Of a stretch of DNA of 64,000 nt, positions 63,133 to 64,000 are shown one piece after another (position 1 is the stretch's first letter; each line of letters begins with the position of its first letter). Position numbers and translations under genes: made by a program. The stretch is from an uncultured Chloroflexia bacterium (GTDB taxonomy: Bacteria > Chloroflexota > Chloroflexia > QHBQ01 > JADMIH01). The stretch lies in the NCBI GenBank assembly GCA_963797095.1, contig CAWCNY010000001.1, positions 448,001 through 512,000 on the forward strand, written 5' to 3'. The notes beneath the pieces are model-generated. The model did no database searches and was not told where the DNA came from. It was given only the letters and a program-made list of their open reading frames with translations.

Positions 63133-64000
63133 CTATCTGGCGGGCGAGCACTCCGGGAAGAAGGTGTTCGCCACGATTTTCGATGCCTGACCGCGGGTAG
63201 TGGTGTTGTTGGGGCGGAAGTATGGACGGTTGTCGGGCGGCACGCATGGCTCGCCCGGACTGCCGCACGGATAGCCTTGTATGGTGGCTTGGCCTGCCAG
63301 CCTCTGCACGAATTCGTAGAACGTAGACCCCGGCAGCACGTCCTCGAATAACTGTGCACCTGGAGGGTCTGTGAACCCGGCAGCGTTGCTCACTATTTTG
63401 GAGATCTGACCCCTCGTAGCGTTATTGTTGGGACGGAAGTAGGGGCCGTTGTCGGGCGGCACACATGGCTCGCCCGGACTGCCGCACGGATAGCCGCTTA
63501 TGTACCCCCTGGAGGCCAACTGCTGAATATATGTGTAGAAGGTTGAACCGGGTGGCACGTCCTCGAATAGTTGGCCGCCGGGTGGGTCGTCGTAGCCCGC
63601 CGATAGGGAGACTATCTTCGATAGTTGGCCTCTGGTGACATTATCGCCCAGCCTGAAGTAAGGGTCGTTATTGGGATCGCAAGGCTCGCCCACGCCACCG
63701 CATGGGTAGCCGTTGATGATGCCCCGGCAGGCCATGCACTGGATGTAGGGGTAGAAGGTTGAGCCGGAGGGCACATCCTCGAAGGCGATGGTGCAGGCTG
63801 CGGGCGTGCCGGTGGGGATGGTAGGTGTGGCCGTTGCCGTGCTGGTGAGGCTAACGGTGGATATGGGACTGCTGGTGGCCGTTGCCGTGCCGCTGGCTAC
63901 AGGGGTATCTGTGGAGGTGTTGGCAGCTATGCCGGTGGGGGTATTGGTGACTGTGGAGGTGTCGGTGACTGTGGGAGGTGTGCCCGTTACCGTTCCGGTG
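63133..64000 (-). CDS. S-layer homology (SLH) domain protein, C-terminal part (gene starts beyond the window)
   Basis: Three repeats FEDVP.GSTFY....GYPCG.PGEPC...YFRP....TRGQ.SKIV preceded by a Thr/Pro linker. Confidence 0.9.
   Translation of the reverse strand, partial: TGTVTGTPPTVTDTSTVTNTPTGIAANTSTDTPVASGTATATSSPISTVSLTSTATATPTIPTGTPAACTIAFEDVPSGSTFYPYIQCMACRGIINGYPCGGVGEPCDPNNDPYFRLGDNVTRGQLSKIVSLSAGYDDPPGGQLFEDVPPGSTFYTYIQQLASRGYISGYPCGSPGEPCVPPDNGPYFRPNNNATRGQISKIVSNAAGFTDPPGAQLFEDVLPGSTFYEFVQRLAGQATIQGYPCGSPGEPCVPPDNRPYFRPNNTTTRGQASKIVANTFFPECSPAR

Overview
This is a mosaic 64-kb bacterial window, most likely Chloroflexota (inferred from the GYPCG-x-PGEPC SLH-domain protein, the STAND-TPR regulators and the IS repertoire). 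(1) 1-13.6 kb is a nest of mobile elements: an IS481-like element, a truncated IS701, and a complete 10,088-bp Tn3-family transposon (3271-13358). The transposon has 35-bp perfect IRs and an ATCCT target duplication, and is inserted into a yoeB toxin gene. It carries a tyrosine-recombinase resolvase and a cargo of MauE-like + MauD/TlpA-like + a 12-Cys secreted peptide + S26 peptidase + two Opp-type permeases, a candidate disulfide-rich peptide system. (2) 13.6-32.9 kb is an intact LacI-regulated arabinose/galactose/rhamnose oligosaccharide locus. (3) 33-44.4 kb holds a Crp + small protein + GAF + cytoplasmic S8 protease + adenylate cyclase-NB-ARC-TPR cluster. It is interrupted by ISL3 and IS3 remnants and by an IS110 whose bridge-RNA guides match its reconstructed target, the IR of a MITE. 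(4) 44.4-55.5 kb contains nested group II introns, IS fragments, TA modules and IS630. (5) 55.5-64 kb holds housekeeping-type genes (SDR, sodA, aminotransferase, LivG, STAND-LuxR, SLH protein). Most mobile genes carry short tandem micro-duplications, which I did not see in the sugar operon. All calls come from manual motif reading; no database searches were run.
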